In this document: in pieces, positions 34,551 to 43,798 of the stretch
Layout: every line of letters starts with the position of its first letter
How positions within the stretch are numbered: the stretch's first letter is position 1
Source of the DNA: a virus
Lineage: Duplodnaviria > Heunggongvirae > Uroviricota > Caudoviricetes
Virus record (IMG/VR): IMGVR_UViG_3300044295_000306
Direction: 5' to 3' (one strand)
Length of the DNA stretch: 64,000 nt
Notes under the pieces: generated by a model
Told to the model about the DNA's origin: nothing
The model's input: the letters and a program-made list of their open reading frames with translations, nothing else
Database searches by the model: none
Program-made: the position numbers and the translations under genes

Positions 34551-35245
34551 CGATAAAATGCTTCTTCTAGGGTTTCATTTTTTCGCCATTCACAACTCCA
34601 ACCCATCAATCCACCCTTCCAAGTATTCACTTTTTCACCTATCGGAGTATCAGAATTACAATTAACAGTTCTTTGAATCTTCCTAGGCCAGGGCAACCAT
34701 TTGAACCATTTCCAACGCCATTCTCTTTCTTCACCAGCTAAACTAATTTTTGCAGTTTGTATTTTACCATCCTCAGTATAATGAACAAAATCAATATAGT
34801 TAATAGTTTGAACTCCTATACCATCCATATCCCTATATGGAGATTTTGTGTTTTCGATTAATTCATGCCAATAGAATTCTTGACTATTTTTCTTAGTATA
34901 ATTATTACGCCAATATAAATCACCATTCGGCAAAAGTAAATCATGTCTTACAATATTCCAGTCCCAAGGCAAACTCACTACTTTTGTATGATTCCAATGA
35001 AAATGAATTTCTCTTTCAAAATAAGTAATGCCATATCTTTTAATATCGTAATCCTCAAAAGTCTCTTTATAAGGAGTTACTTTCCATAGATAAAAAGTAA
35101 TGTAAAATTTCCATATTCCAATTCTAAAAAATAACCGATCTTTATATTGATCAAAAGGAGATTCATATTGATCACTAGGAAATCCCAAATAGAATGTAAA
35201 AATTTTATAACGGGATAAAGAAGCTTCAAGATATTTTAATCGCAT
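34523..35245 (-). CDS. hypothetical Trp-rich protein
   Basis: 240-aa ORF. Confidence 0.4.
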   Translation of the reverse strand: MRLKYLEASLSRYKIFTFYLGFPSDQYESPFDQYKDRLFFRIGIWKFYITFYLWKVTPYKETFEDYDIKRYGITYFEREIHFHWNHTKVVSLPWDWNIVRHDLLLPNGDLYWRNNYTKKNSQEFYWHELIENTKSPYRDMDGIGVQTINYIDFVHYTEDGKIQTAKISLAGEEREWRWKWFKWLPWPRKIQRTVNCNSDTPIGEKVNTWKGGLMGWSCEWRKNETLEEAFYRWYVQWNGR

Positions 35246-35459
35246 TTTTGTCCCTCTTCATCTGACCATGCCCAATTAACAATAATCCAATCCATTATAC
35301 AATCTTCTTTTGAATAATTAGCCTCAACATATTCCTTACCAAATTTATTACACATGGCACCATACCAATAATCATAATACTCTTTTAGAATTTCTTCTTC
35401 TGAAAGAGTAACTATTTTATCTTTTTCATCGGGATCATATTCGTGATAGGAATAATATC

Positions 35460-35648
35460 TCATGGTGTCTCGCAAGTTGGTTCAAGGGGCGGTTTACAAT
35501 TTGGACAAGTTTTTTCTTGAGGAGAAACACCTGCACCACAATTAGGACATTTCCATCCTATAGGAATTGTTATTCCTCTTTTTGTACATGAACCATTCCA
35601 TATACATTCATAATCATAACAATTTAAACCAGTTTTTGGACAAATCAT
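35460..35648 (-). CDS. small zinc-ribbon protein
   Basis: CPNC...CPNC pairs. Confidence 0.35.
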   Translation of the reverse strand: MICPKTGLNCYDYECIWNGSCTKRGITIPIGWKCPNCGAGVSPQEKTCPNCKPPLEPTCETP

Positions 35649-36083
35649 TAATATTCCCTAATTCTTAAAATAATTTTTAATCTTATCAACATATGTTGAT
35701 GCTGGTTCTCTTTGATCTACAGAATCTTGTACAATATTACAACATTTATTAACGATAGCATTAGAAAATTCGTCTAATTCTTCACTAGAAAGAACATAAA
35801 AATCACAATCACTAATATATGATCTTGCATTTTTAATCTTAACAACATTATAAATCTTTAAAAATTTATCATTCATTTATTGGACCTTTTTCTTCAATAC
35901 TTTCTTTTATGAAAGTTTCTTTACATTCTAAACATTTATATTTTTTACTTATAATGTTTGTTCGCTTAGATATCAACTTACCATAATTATCATAAATGTC
36001 ATAGGAATTGAACATTGGAACAAAAATAGATTCTTCTACAAATCTACAACTATCATTTACACAATTTGGATTTATCTTTTTCA

Positions 36084-36425
36084 TCATGACCAAGTTCTAT
36101 GTTTTTCGGCTACCCATTCCATACCATCATATTCTTCAATATCCCATTCCACATCATCAGGAATATCAATAATTTTTAATTTAGCAAACGAACCATTCGC
36201 TGTACTACCCAATTCTTCAATGACTTCAATTAAAGTAGAATCATTTCGAGCGATTTCACGATCATAAAAATAATTATTATCGTTCTTTTCATTGATATAG
36301 TAATGTTTAATGAATCCTTGATCATCATCAATGATAAGATTCCAATCTTTCTTTTTCGCATACAATTCCATTGCGCGTTCAGAAAGACCAAAACCACCAT
36401 AACAGGTATTAATTACAATTTTCAT
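36084..36425 (-). CDS. hypothetical protein
   Basis: 113-aa ORF in run of translationally coupled small ORFs 35236-36625. Confidence 0.3.
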   Translation of the reverse strand: MKIVINTCYGGFGLSERAMELYAKKKDWNLIIDDDQGFIKHYYINEKNDNNYFYDREIARNDSTLIEVIEELGSTANGSFAKLKIIDIPDDVEWDIEEYDGMEWVAEKHRTWS

Positions 36426-36624
36426 TTTATTATTCCATCATTAATAAGTTTCTCAAAAGTATCAAATAACTTATTAAATTTCATATCATATAAATGTTCA
36501 ATTGCATCAATCTTTTTTTGGATTGTTTCTACATTCATTTTATCACATAATGAACTTAAAGTTTTAAGATCATCAGTAACATGCCAGCATCGCATTATTT
36601 CCTCTTCTAGATCAAATCTATCCA

Positions 36625-37653
36625 TTATTTTTCCCCTAAAAGAAACTTGTTAGATATAGTTTTAAAAGAAATCTTCGAATCACGAATATTCTTATAAACA
36701 TATCCTTCTTTTTCTACTCTAAGATTAAGGAAAGAAGGTCCTTCCGCAAGCTTCAATAGACTTGCAACAGTAACATCTTTATCCAAACTTCTAACAGTCA
36801 TCACAGGCACATGATTAAGAGCCATATAAAAACAAAAATCATGTCTCTCTCTTGCAGAAATATATATCTGCCGATCAATATCAAAGATATCAAACAGATA
36901 AAACTTCAATTCTTGCAGATTGTACTTGTTTCCCTGAACACCTAGACCAATCAATTCACCTTGTAAAGCAATATTTCTTGATCCAAACACTTCACGAATT
37001 CTATCATGAATTCTCTCTTGAATAGCTACTTTCCAAAATGAATTGTTATCATCCCGCTTCAAATCAAGATTTCTCGAACATACACCATCATAACCTTGAT
37101 TTACATAAACTGTCATTGAAGAACCATCCAATTTTTCAGTGATTTCCCATAGTTCATTAGAACCTTTCCATTGTTCCAATTCATGAACCAGATTCTGAAT
37201 TCTTTCTTGATCGGTTTTCGGAATAAATGAAGGAAATGATCCTCTCACAGTTCCTCTCAACTGAGCAGGAATTTCCATTTCCCATTTGTTAATGTTTAAT
37301 TCTTCTGAAACATCCTCACCCAATTCTACTTGTCTCGGAATAATATTGCAAGGAAGCAATAAACCTTGACTGATTTGCCCACGCAGTTTAACAGTCCTCA
37401 GTCTTTCACCCGCAATATTCTGATATACTCTGGGTTCTTTTCCTTTAGAAAGAAACGATGCAATAGAATTGGGAATCCAACTATCAATCTCACAGTAGAT
37501 AGCCAAATCACCAATCTTATATTCACCCCTCTTAACAACAACCTGCCATCCATCAACAGTAGCTACCTCAATAGCATCCGCATTAGGAATAGACTTGATA
37601 TCATTAATTTTCCGAATAGTCGCAAGTTTTCTCATAATATACTCCAGTTTCAC
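36625..37653 (-). CDS. Rnl2-like ATP-dependent RNA ligase with N-terminal tRNA-binding (Myf/EMAP-type OB) domain
   Basis: N-terminal IRKINDIKSIPNADAIEVATVDGWQVVVKRGEYKIGDL (tRNA_bind-like); ligase motifs EKLDGSS (I), LQGELIG (III), EGYVYK (IV), FKTISNKF (V). Confidence 0.6.
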   Translation of the reverse strand: MKLEYIMRKLATIRKINDIKSIPNADAIEVATVDGWQVVVKRGEYKIGDLAIYCEIDSWIPNSIASFLSKGKEPRVYQNIAGERLRTVKLRGQISQGLLLPCNIIPRQVELGEDVSEELNINKWEMEIPAQLRGTVRGSFPSFIPKTDQERIQNLVHELEQWKGSNELWEITEKLDGSSMTVYVNQGYDGVCSRNLDLKRDDNNSFWKVAIQERIHDRIREVFGSRNIALQGELIGLGVQGNKYNLQELKFYLFDIFDIDRQIYISARERHDFCFYMALNHVPVMTVRSLDKDVTVASLLKLAEGPSFLNLRVEKEGYVYKNIRDSKISFKTISNKFLLGEK

Positions 37654-37688
37654 TCATAATAACATAATTAAATAATTTTGTCAACTAC

Positions 37689-38270
37689 TTACTTAGCTAA
37701 TGGATTATCTAATGCCTTTTTGATTTTTTCATCTACTTCACGACGAATAGCTCTTAATTCCACATCCTGACTCTTATTAGCATCTTGTAGTTCTTTTCTA
37801 ACCGTCTGAATGCTTCTATCTATTTCACGCTGAACAATCTTCATTTCTTTATTGGCATTTTCAAGAGATTCATTCATTTCTCTTTGATTTTGACGTCCAT
37901 TACGTTCCAATCCATCAACAACACCTTCCAATCTTCTGATATCTGTTTTTAAATCATTCTTGATATCTTGTGTGTATTGAACAGATTTATCAGAATTTTG
38001 TTGAACTAATTCCAATTTCTTTTCGATTTCAGTTAGATCAGGCGAAACATATTCAGCAATTTTTTTCTTCATTCCTTGATAATCTTTATATACTTCAAAA
38101 CATCCATATAATCCACCTAGTAAAGATGAAGCTAATGTGAATGCTACCATTAATTTGGCTGGTGTGAATTCATATCCGCCAATGCTTATGACGGTATCTT
38201 TACTCGCATACTTTTTTGCGGCCGCTTCTAGTTCATCTACTTTTTTGTTTATATTCTTGTCGTCTGACAT
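37689..38270 (-). CDS. membrane-anchored coiled-coil protein
   Basis: one TM helix then Glu/Lys/Arg coiled coil. Confidence 0.4.
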   Translation of the reverse strand: MSDDKNINKKVDELEAAAKKYASKDTVISIGGYEFTPAKLMVAFTLASSLLGGLYGCFEVYKDYQGMKKKIAEYVSPDLTEIEKKLELVQQNSDKSVQYTQDIKNDLKTDIRRLEGVVDGLERNGRQNQREMNESLENANKEMKIVQREIDRSIQTVRKELQDANKSQDVELRAIRREVDEKIKKALDNPLAK

Positions 38271-38279
38271 TTCTTTTCC

Positions 38280-40061
38280 TTATTTGTATTGTAAGTCTTT
38301 CATTTCTTCAAATCTCCTATCACTAGCTCCATACATTCCTCTCAACAATCTTGCATTATCTACATTTCTCTGATTTGAATAAACATCAACACTTCTATAA
38401 AATACAACATCTTTTAAAACAATATTACTATATGCATCAAAAGCCATATTAAAACCCATTGCGGTAATAATAGTATTCTGATTTGCAACTTGTTGTTCTA
38501 ATGTCTTTGCTCCAGCTGTCTCTTTCATAGCATCACCACCTTTAGATGCAGCTTCTTTTCTCGCAGCGTTCATTTTTGCTTGTTGTAATTGTTCACCTCT
38601 TGTCATCGGTTTTGGGCCCTGATCGGGTGCTGATCCTTGAGGACTAGGACTTGAACCTGACGCTGGTCCCCCAGTTTGTTTTTGTTGTGGAGCTGGTCCA
38701 GGTTGTGGTGCGCCTTGAGGTGGTTGTTGTTGAACAAGAGGTACTGATGAAACAACATTAGCGGGTGAAGCTGATGGTGCGGCTGCATTTGAATTATTTG
38801 TTATAACACTATTAACATTATTATCCGAAACAAGTTTAGGGGTACTTGTTGTAGTTTGTGTAGTAATTTCTTGTGCTTTTGGTGCTGTTGCTGCTATAAC
38901 ACCTGCCGTTGCTATTGTAGATGCTATTCCTTGATTCTCAAAAAGCATTTTTCTAGCATATGCATCAGAATAATTAGGACAATTTCTATCATATAGTCCA
39001 TTTAAATTACATTGTTGAGAATAATAAGCAGCCGCATAACCTGGGCAATCTGTTGCAAATAAAGCATTTAATGAACATTGCTGATTATGATATGTTGTTG
39101 CATAACCTGGGCAATCTGTTGCAAATAAAGCATTTAATGAACATTGTTGATTGTGATATGCTGTTGCATAATCTGGACAGTCTGTTGCGAATAAAGCATT
39201 TAATGAACATTGTTGATTGTGATATGCTGTTGTATAGCCAGGACATCCAGAATCATAAAGAGGATTTAATGAACACTGGAGATTATAATAGGCGATGCTA
39301 TATCCTGGGCAACCTGAATCATATAATGCGCTTATAGTGCATTGTTGGGAATAATATGCTGATGCATAACCTGGGCATGCAGAATTATATAATGCACTTA
39401 TGGTACATTGTTGTGTTAGGTATGCTGTGGCATAATCGGGACATGAAGGATCAGATAATGGATTTGATGTACATGCATATGTTTCTGTGCCGGTAAATGA
39501 TATTGTTGAAGGAATTCCTGATGTTGTTAAACCTCTTCCATTGTATATTTGGCTATATTGGCCTTGGGATATATTGCCAGATATTCCTACTGTTACATTA
39601 TGATTTGTAACATTGACTTGATTATAATTGATTGTTATAGCGCCGGTTGGACGTATTTCTACGTTGAAGGTATTTCTATTATTGGTACCATATTCTTTGG
39701 TATTTTGCCATGTATATCTCATGAATGTAGAATCAGTTTGGGTAAAGAATTTTGTTTGGCTATCACCTATTAGGTCTACCCAGAGAGGCATAATTGCAAA
39801 ATTGAATGCTGAGTTTGATCCTACATTATTGAGATTTTGGCCATCACAACACCATCCATGTGTTGGATTTAAAAATCCTACTACACCATTTGAAAAGAAA
39901 AATGATGTAGTGAACGATCTATTATAGAATGGAAAACTAAATGGTAGGTTTACTTGAGCCCAACCATCATCACTTAGATTATAATATGTTGTTGTGGTAT
40001 TTTGTGCGGATGATGTTATTGCTGAGAAAAACAGCAACAATCCTATTAGAAAACGAATCAT
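38280..40061 (-). CDS. secreted Cys-repeat protein with Pro/Gln-rich linker
   Basis: signal peptide; ~7 tandem 22-aa repeats QQCSLNALFATDCPGYATAYHN encoded by ~66-bp DNA repeats (38930-39440). Confidence 0.5.
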   Translation of the reverse strand: MIRFLIGLLLFFSAITSSAQNTTTTYYNLSDDGWAQVNLPFSFPFYNRSFTTSFFFSNGVVGFLNPTHGWCCDGQNLNNVGSNSAFNFAIMPLWVDLIGDSQTKFFTQTDSTFMRYTWQNTKEYGTNNRNTFNVEIRPTGAITINYNQVNVTNHNVTVGISGNISQGQYSQIYNGRGLTTSGIPSTISFTGTETYACTSNPLSDPSCPDYATAYLTQQCTISALYNSACPGYASAYYSQQCTISALYDSGCPGYSIAYYNLQCSLNPLYDSGCPGYTTAYHNQQCSLNALFATDCPDYATAYHNQQCSLNALFATDCPGYATTYHNQQCSLNALFATDCPGYAAAYYSQQCNLNGLYDRNCPNYSDAYARKMLFENQGIASTIATAGVIAATAPKAQEITTQTTTSTPKLVSDNNVNSVITNNSNAAAPSASPANVVSSVPLVQQQPPQGAPQPGPAPQQKQTGGPASGSSPSPQGSAPDQGPKPMTRGEQLQQAKMNAARKEAASKGGDAMKETAGAKTLEQQVANQNTIITAMGFNMAFDAYSNIVLKDVVFYRSVDVYSNQRNVDNARLLRGMYGASDRRFEEMKDLQYK

Positions 40062-40561
40062 TTGTCACTCTTAACATCTTTCGGTTTTCTATCAGGATTT
40101 CTATCCCACAAATCTTTAGCTTCTTCGCCTATTTTACCATCAATAGGACAAGGAGTGCCAGCATTTAGCATTGCACTGAATACTCTTTCATCTTGGCACA
40201 TTAATGAAACGGCTGCAACTTTCATTCCCATGTCATAGAGGTTTTTAGAAAGTTTAATTCTTTCACAGTTCATATCACGGGTAGTTGCGCCAAATGACAT
40301 ACCAAATATCTGTGTTTGAACTGCACCAGAAGCACCTACAATGCAAAGATCATTATTGATTGATGTAATTGCAGGAGCTACTGCTGTAGGTGGTGGTGTT
40401 CTAATTGTTGTTACCGAATTAGAATCTGATTTATTATATGAGCTTGAGGTGCTTGTGGAAGTAGAAGTCGAATCAGTTACAATAGGTTCGCTCTGAGCTT
40501 CTGCGAATTTGAAACATAACAAAAACATAACAAAAAGCACCATTAAATGCTTTTTGAACAT
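40058..40561 (-). CDS. secreted Ser/Thr-rich protein
   Basis: signal peptide, TSTSTSTSSS tract. Confidence 0.4.
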   Translation of the reverse strand: MFKKHLMVLFVMFLLCFKFAEAQSEPIVTDSTSTSTSTSSSYNKSDSNSVTTIRTPPPTAVAPAITSINNDLCIVGASGAVQTQIFGMSFGATTRDMNCERIKLSKNLYDMGMKVAAVSLMCQDERVFSAMLNAGTPCPIDGKIGEEAKDLWDRNPDRKPKDVKSDK

Positions 40562-41134
40562 GAGAAATCCCTTTTAGTTCTGGATTGTTAATGATGTTGG
40601 ATCTATATTTATTACATAATTGATAAATTGTACTGCAATATCTTCGTCATCAAAATATCTAATAATAGTATTACCAGTAAATTGAGAAACGAACAATAAC
40701 ATTATATATTTATCAAAGCGCGATAGCTTAATAAACCAGCCATCGCGCAATGCTGTTTCAAATGATACTATATTATTTTTTGTTGGTTTTACTGATACAG
40801 CCTGTTTCGATAAATTCTTTCGCATTTTTACCCATTCCAGCAACAATTTCATTTGCCTTATTGGTATATATAGCGAAAACAGAATTTGTCATTTCATTAA
40901 ATGATTTGGTATAAAAATCAACCTCTTTTACCTTGAAATCAATCAACTTCTTAGCAAATTCCTTCTGATAATCAAAAAATAATTCCATTATAGTTTCCTC
41001 CTAGCATTCTTCATCATCACAATTATTTCAATTACAGTATTGTAAAATTCCTTAAGCTTTTCCATAAAATCTCCTTTCATTATTATTTATTAACCTATGT
41101 TGCATTGCAGCACAGTCATTATAATGATATTTTT

Positions 41135-41560
41135 CTATGAAGTCAATAGGGTTTTCAGATGATTTCTTTGAATTTTACACGAACACCATTGATTATAATA
41201 ATCATCTTTAAGGAGTGCATCCCTCATGAAAATCTCTTTAGATTCCATATAGGAGCATTCTCCTCTTGATTTACATAAATGAATTATTTCTCTTTTAAAA
41301 TTATCTTTACCGTATTTTTCTATATCTTCAAGTAAAATCTTATTAGAACCCCAATAATTTTGCCAATTGGAATCGACTCTAATCTTTTTCTTTTTACCTT
41401 TTACTTGTTTGGTTTTTGCTCTGGTAAGATATTTTCTACCTATATACTTTTTGTTATTCAAAAGATTTGTTATACAATAAACAAATCCATACAATGAATC
41501 ATTTTCGTCTATAGTGAATATCGTATTATTGTAGATCCACGAATTCATCATCATTTTCAT
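41135..41560 (-). CDS. GIY-YIG homing endonuclease (second copy)
   Basis: GFVYCITNLLNNKKYIGRK and NYWGS..K.L..IEKYGKDNF..EII motifs. Confidence 0.55.
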   Translation of the reverse strand: MKMMMNSWIYNNTIFTIDENDSLYGFVYCITNLLNNKKYIGRKYLTRAKTKQVKGKKKKIRVDSNWQNYWGSNKILLEDIEKYGKDNFKREIIHLCKSRGECSYMESKEIFMRDALLKDDYYNQWCSCKIQRNHLKTLLTS

Positions 41561-41749
41561 CTAAATCCATGATCATATATCCACCACAAAATGGACACAT
41601 ACAAGGTCCATCTTCAGCTTCTAATTCATCATATTCTATTGCAAACTCTGTTTCGCATTCTTCACAAGTGTGTTGTATCTTTTTCATGAAAATTTCCTTT
41701 TATAAATATACAATACACTCTACTTATACTCTCTTAAATCGAGGTCAAA

Positions 41750-42193
41750 ATGCAAACAGAATTAACTGAATCAATGAAAAAGGTTCTTGCAAATACCTTT
41801 TCTTTGTACTTGAAATCACATAATTTTCATTGGAATGTTGAAGGCATGTTCTTCTCTGAATTGCACGACTTCTTCGGCAATCTTTACTCAGAATTGTGGG
41901 CAGCGGTAGATCCTATTGCTGAACATATCCGCTATCTAGATTCTTATGCACCAGGTGCATTAAGTAGATATATAGAACTTTCATCTATTCAAGATGAATT
42001 GACAGTTCCTACAGCTAGAGATATGATTACGATTCTTCTTGCAGATAATGATATTGTTCGTGCATCACTTTATGATGCATTCAAACAAGCCAATGCGGCC
42101 AATGAACAGGGACTTTCTAATTTCATCCAAGATAGAATAGGTGCTCATGATAAACACCACTGGATGTTGAGAAGTTTTCTTAAACTGGTATAA
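41750..42193 (+). CDS. dps: Dps-family ferritin-like DNA-protection protein
   Basis: FHWNVEGMFFSELHDFFGNLY...DPIAEHIRYL ferroxidase-site pattern; plus strand. Confidence 0.7.
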   Translation: MQTELTESMKKVLANTFSLYLKSHNFHWNVEGMFFSELHDFFGNLYSELWAAVDPIAEHIRYLDSYAPGALSRYIELSSIQDELTVPTARDMITILLADNDIVRASLYDAFKQANAANEQGLSNFIQDRIGAHDKHHWMLRSFLKLV

Positions 42194-42809
42194 AACCTAA
42201 TCTTTTATCATCTTCAATCTCTTCTTGACTGCAAGAGATTAATTCCGACGATATATCGATATTATCACTAGCCCAGACTACTTTAATTTCATTATAATCA
42301 TGATTTAAAAAGTCTGGATTTCTTCTAAAATGAATCTCTATTGGTTTTTCACCAATAAATTCTACATTAATATATTCTGCATATTTAATTCTGAAAAAGA
42401 TAGGATGTTGGAGATATATCTCTTTATTCGTCTTTTTCCATGATAAAAATTTATACAGTTTATCTGGATCTCTAATACCTTCTACAGCTAATATTGGCTT
42501 GAAATAATATTGATCAAATTTATAATCTATGCTGTATTGTGGACCTTCAAAATATTCACACCAGAAATAACCAGGCTTAATGATAGTTTGATTCTTTTTA
42601 AGATATACAATCTTTGCACCACGTCCCATACCCGATAAATTATATATTGGACGAATAACATACTTACCATCCTGTGGCACAGGAACACCACAAGGTCCAC
42701 AGTTATAATCTAATTGATCAGAAAACCAAAGTTTGTTAAAGTAATTTCTTAAGTGTGGATATTTAATCCAGCATTCTGCATCTTCTATCATGCCCAAACA
42801 TCTGCCCAA
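42180..42809 (-). CDS. hypothetical protein
   Basis: 209-aa ORF overlapping nrdB start by ATGA-type coupling. Confidence 0.4.
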   Translation of the reverse strand: MGRCLGMIEDAECWIKYPHLRNYFNKLWFSDQLDYNCGPCGVPVPQDGKYVIRPIYNLSGMGRGAKIVYLKKNQTIIKPGYFWCEYFEGPQYSIDYKFDQYYFKPILAVEGIRDPDKLYKFLSWKKTNKEIYLQHPIFFRIKYAEYINVEFIGEKPIEIHFRRNPDFLNHDYNEIKVVWASDNIDISSELISCSQEEIEDDKRLGFIPV

Positions 42810-43771
42810 GAACCGGATAGTGCTCCTTTTGCATAATCTGTTGATTTGTTTTCAAAAAAGTTTGTATGTATTGGTGCATTTACCATAGATTCTACCCACG
42901 GTAATGGATTCTTTTTTACTTTAAATATGCCTTTCAGGCCAAGAGATATTAATCTTCTATCTGCAATATATCTGATATATTGTTTTACATCGTGTTCTGA
43001 TAAATTTTCCATTGCGCCTTGTGAGAATGCTAGGTCAATAAATTTATCTTCAAGATCAACCATTTTAGTTGCAATGGTATAAATCTTTCCTTTCAATTCA
43101 TCGTTCCAGATTTCTTTATTCTCTTCGATATAAGTTCTAAAGAGTTTAATCATACTCTCCGCATGAATTGTTTCATCAATAATTGACCAGCTAATAATTT
43201 GACCCATACCCTTCATTAAACCATGGCGAGGGAAATTCAACAACATAATGAATGAAGAAAATAATTGCATACCTTCCGTAAATGCTGAAAATGCCGCTAT
43301 ATTAGTTGCTACAGATTCTATTGTTCCACTCTTATTGGAAAGATCAATAAAGTATTCATGTTTAGCTTTCATTGATTCATATTCAAGAAAATCATTATAA
43401 ATTGAATCTGGCATGCCTAATGTTTCAATTAAATGAGAATATGCAGCAACATGCAAAGCTTCTCTTGCTGCAAATCCACATAACATCATTCTTATTTCTG
43501 GTTGTGGAAAGTATGGTAGATAATTCTTGACATAACCACCAGCTACATCAATATCACCTTGTGTAAAGAATCGGAATATCTGTGTAAGAAAATGTTTCTG
43601 TTCTTTTGTTAATTTATTTTTCCAATCTTTTACATCTTCAATCATCGGTACTTCAAGATGAATCCAATGACTTTGTTCATGTTTTAACCAAGCTTCATAT
43701 GCAAATTCATAACTGAATGGACGAAAATAATTTCTTTCATCTGTTAATTTATACTTAACTTTTTTAATCAT
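42788..43771 (-). CDS. nrdB: ribonucleotide reductase class Ia small subunit
   Basis: di-iron carboxylate motifs (E..H pairs), FSAFTEGMQLFSSF, C-terminal tail. Confidence 0.8.
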   Translation of the reverse strand: MIKKVKYKLTDERNYFRPFSYEFAYEAWLKHEQSHWIHLEVPMIEDVKDWKNKLTKEQKHFLTQIFRFFTQGDIDVAGGYVKNYLPYFPQPEIRMMLCGFAAREALHVAAYSHLIETLGMPDSIYNDFLEYESMKAKHEYFIDLSNKSGTIESVATNIAAFSAFTEGMQLFSSFIMLLNFPRHGLMKGMGQIISWSIIDETIHAESMIKLFRTYIEENKEIWNDELKGKIYTIATKMVDLEDKFIDLAFSQGAMENLSEHDVKQYIRYIADRRLISLGLKGIFKVKKNPLPWVESMVNAPIHTNFFENKSTDYAKGALSGSWADVWA

Positions 43772-43798
43772 ATATTTAAACTTTCTTCATTTAGTTAG

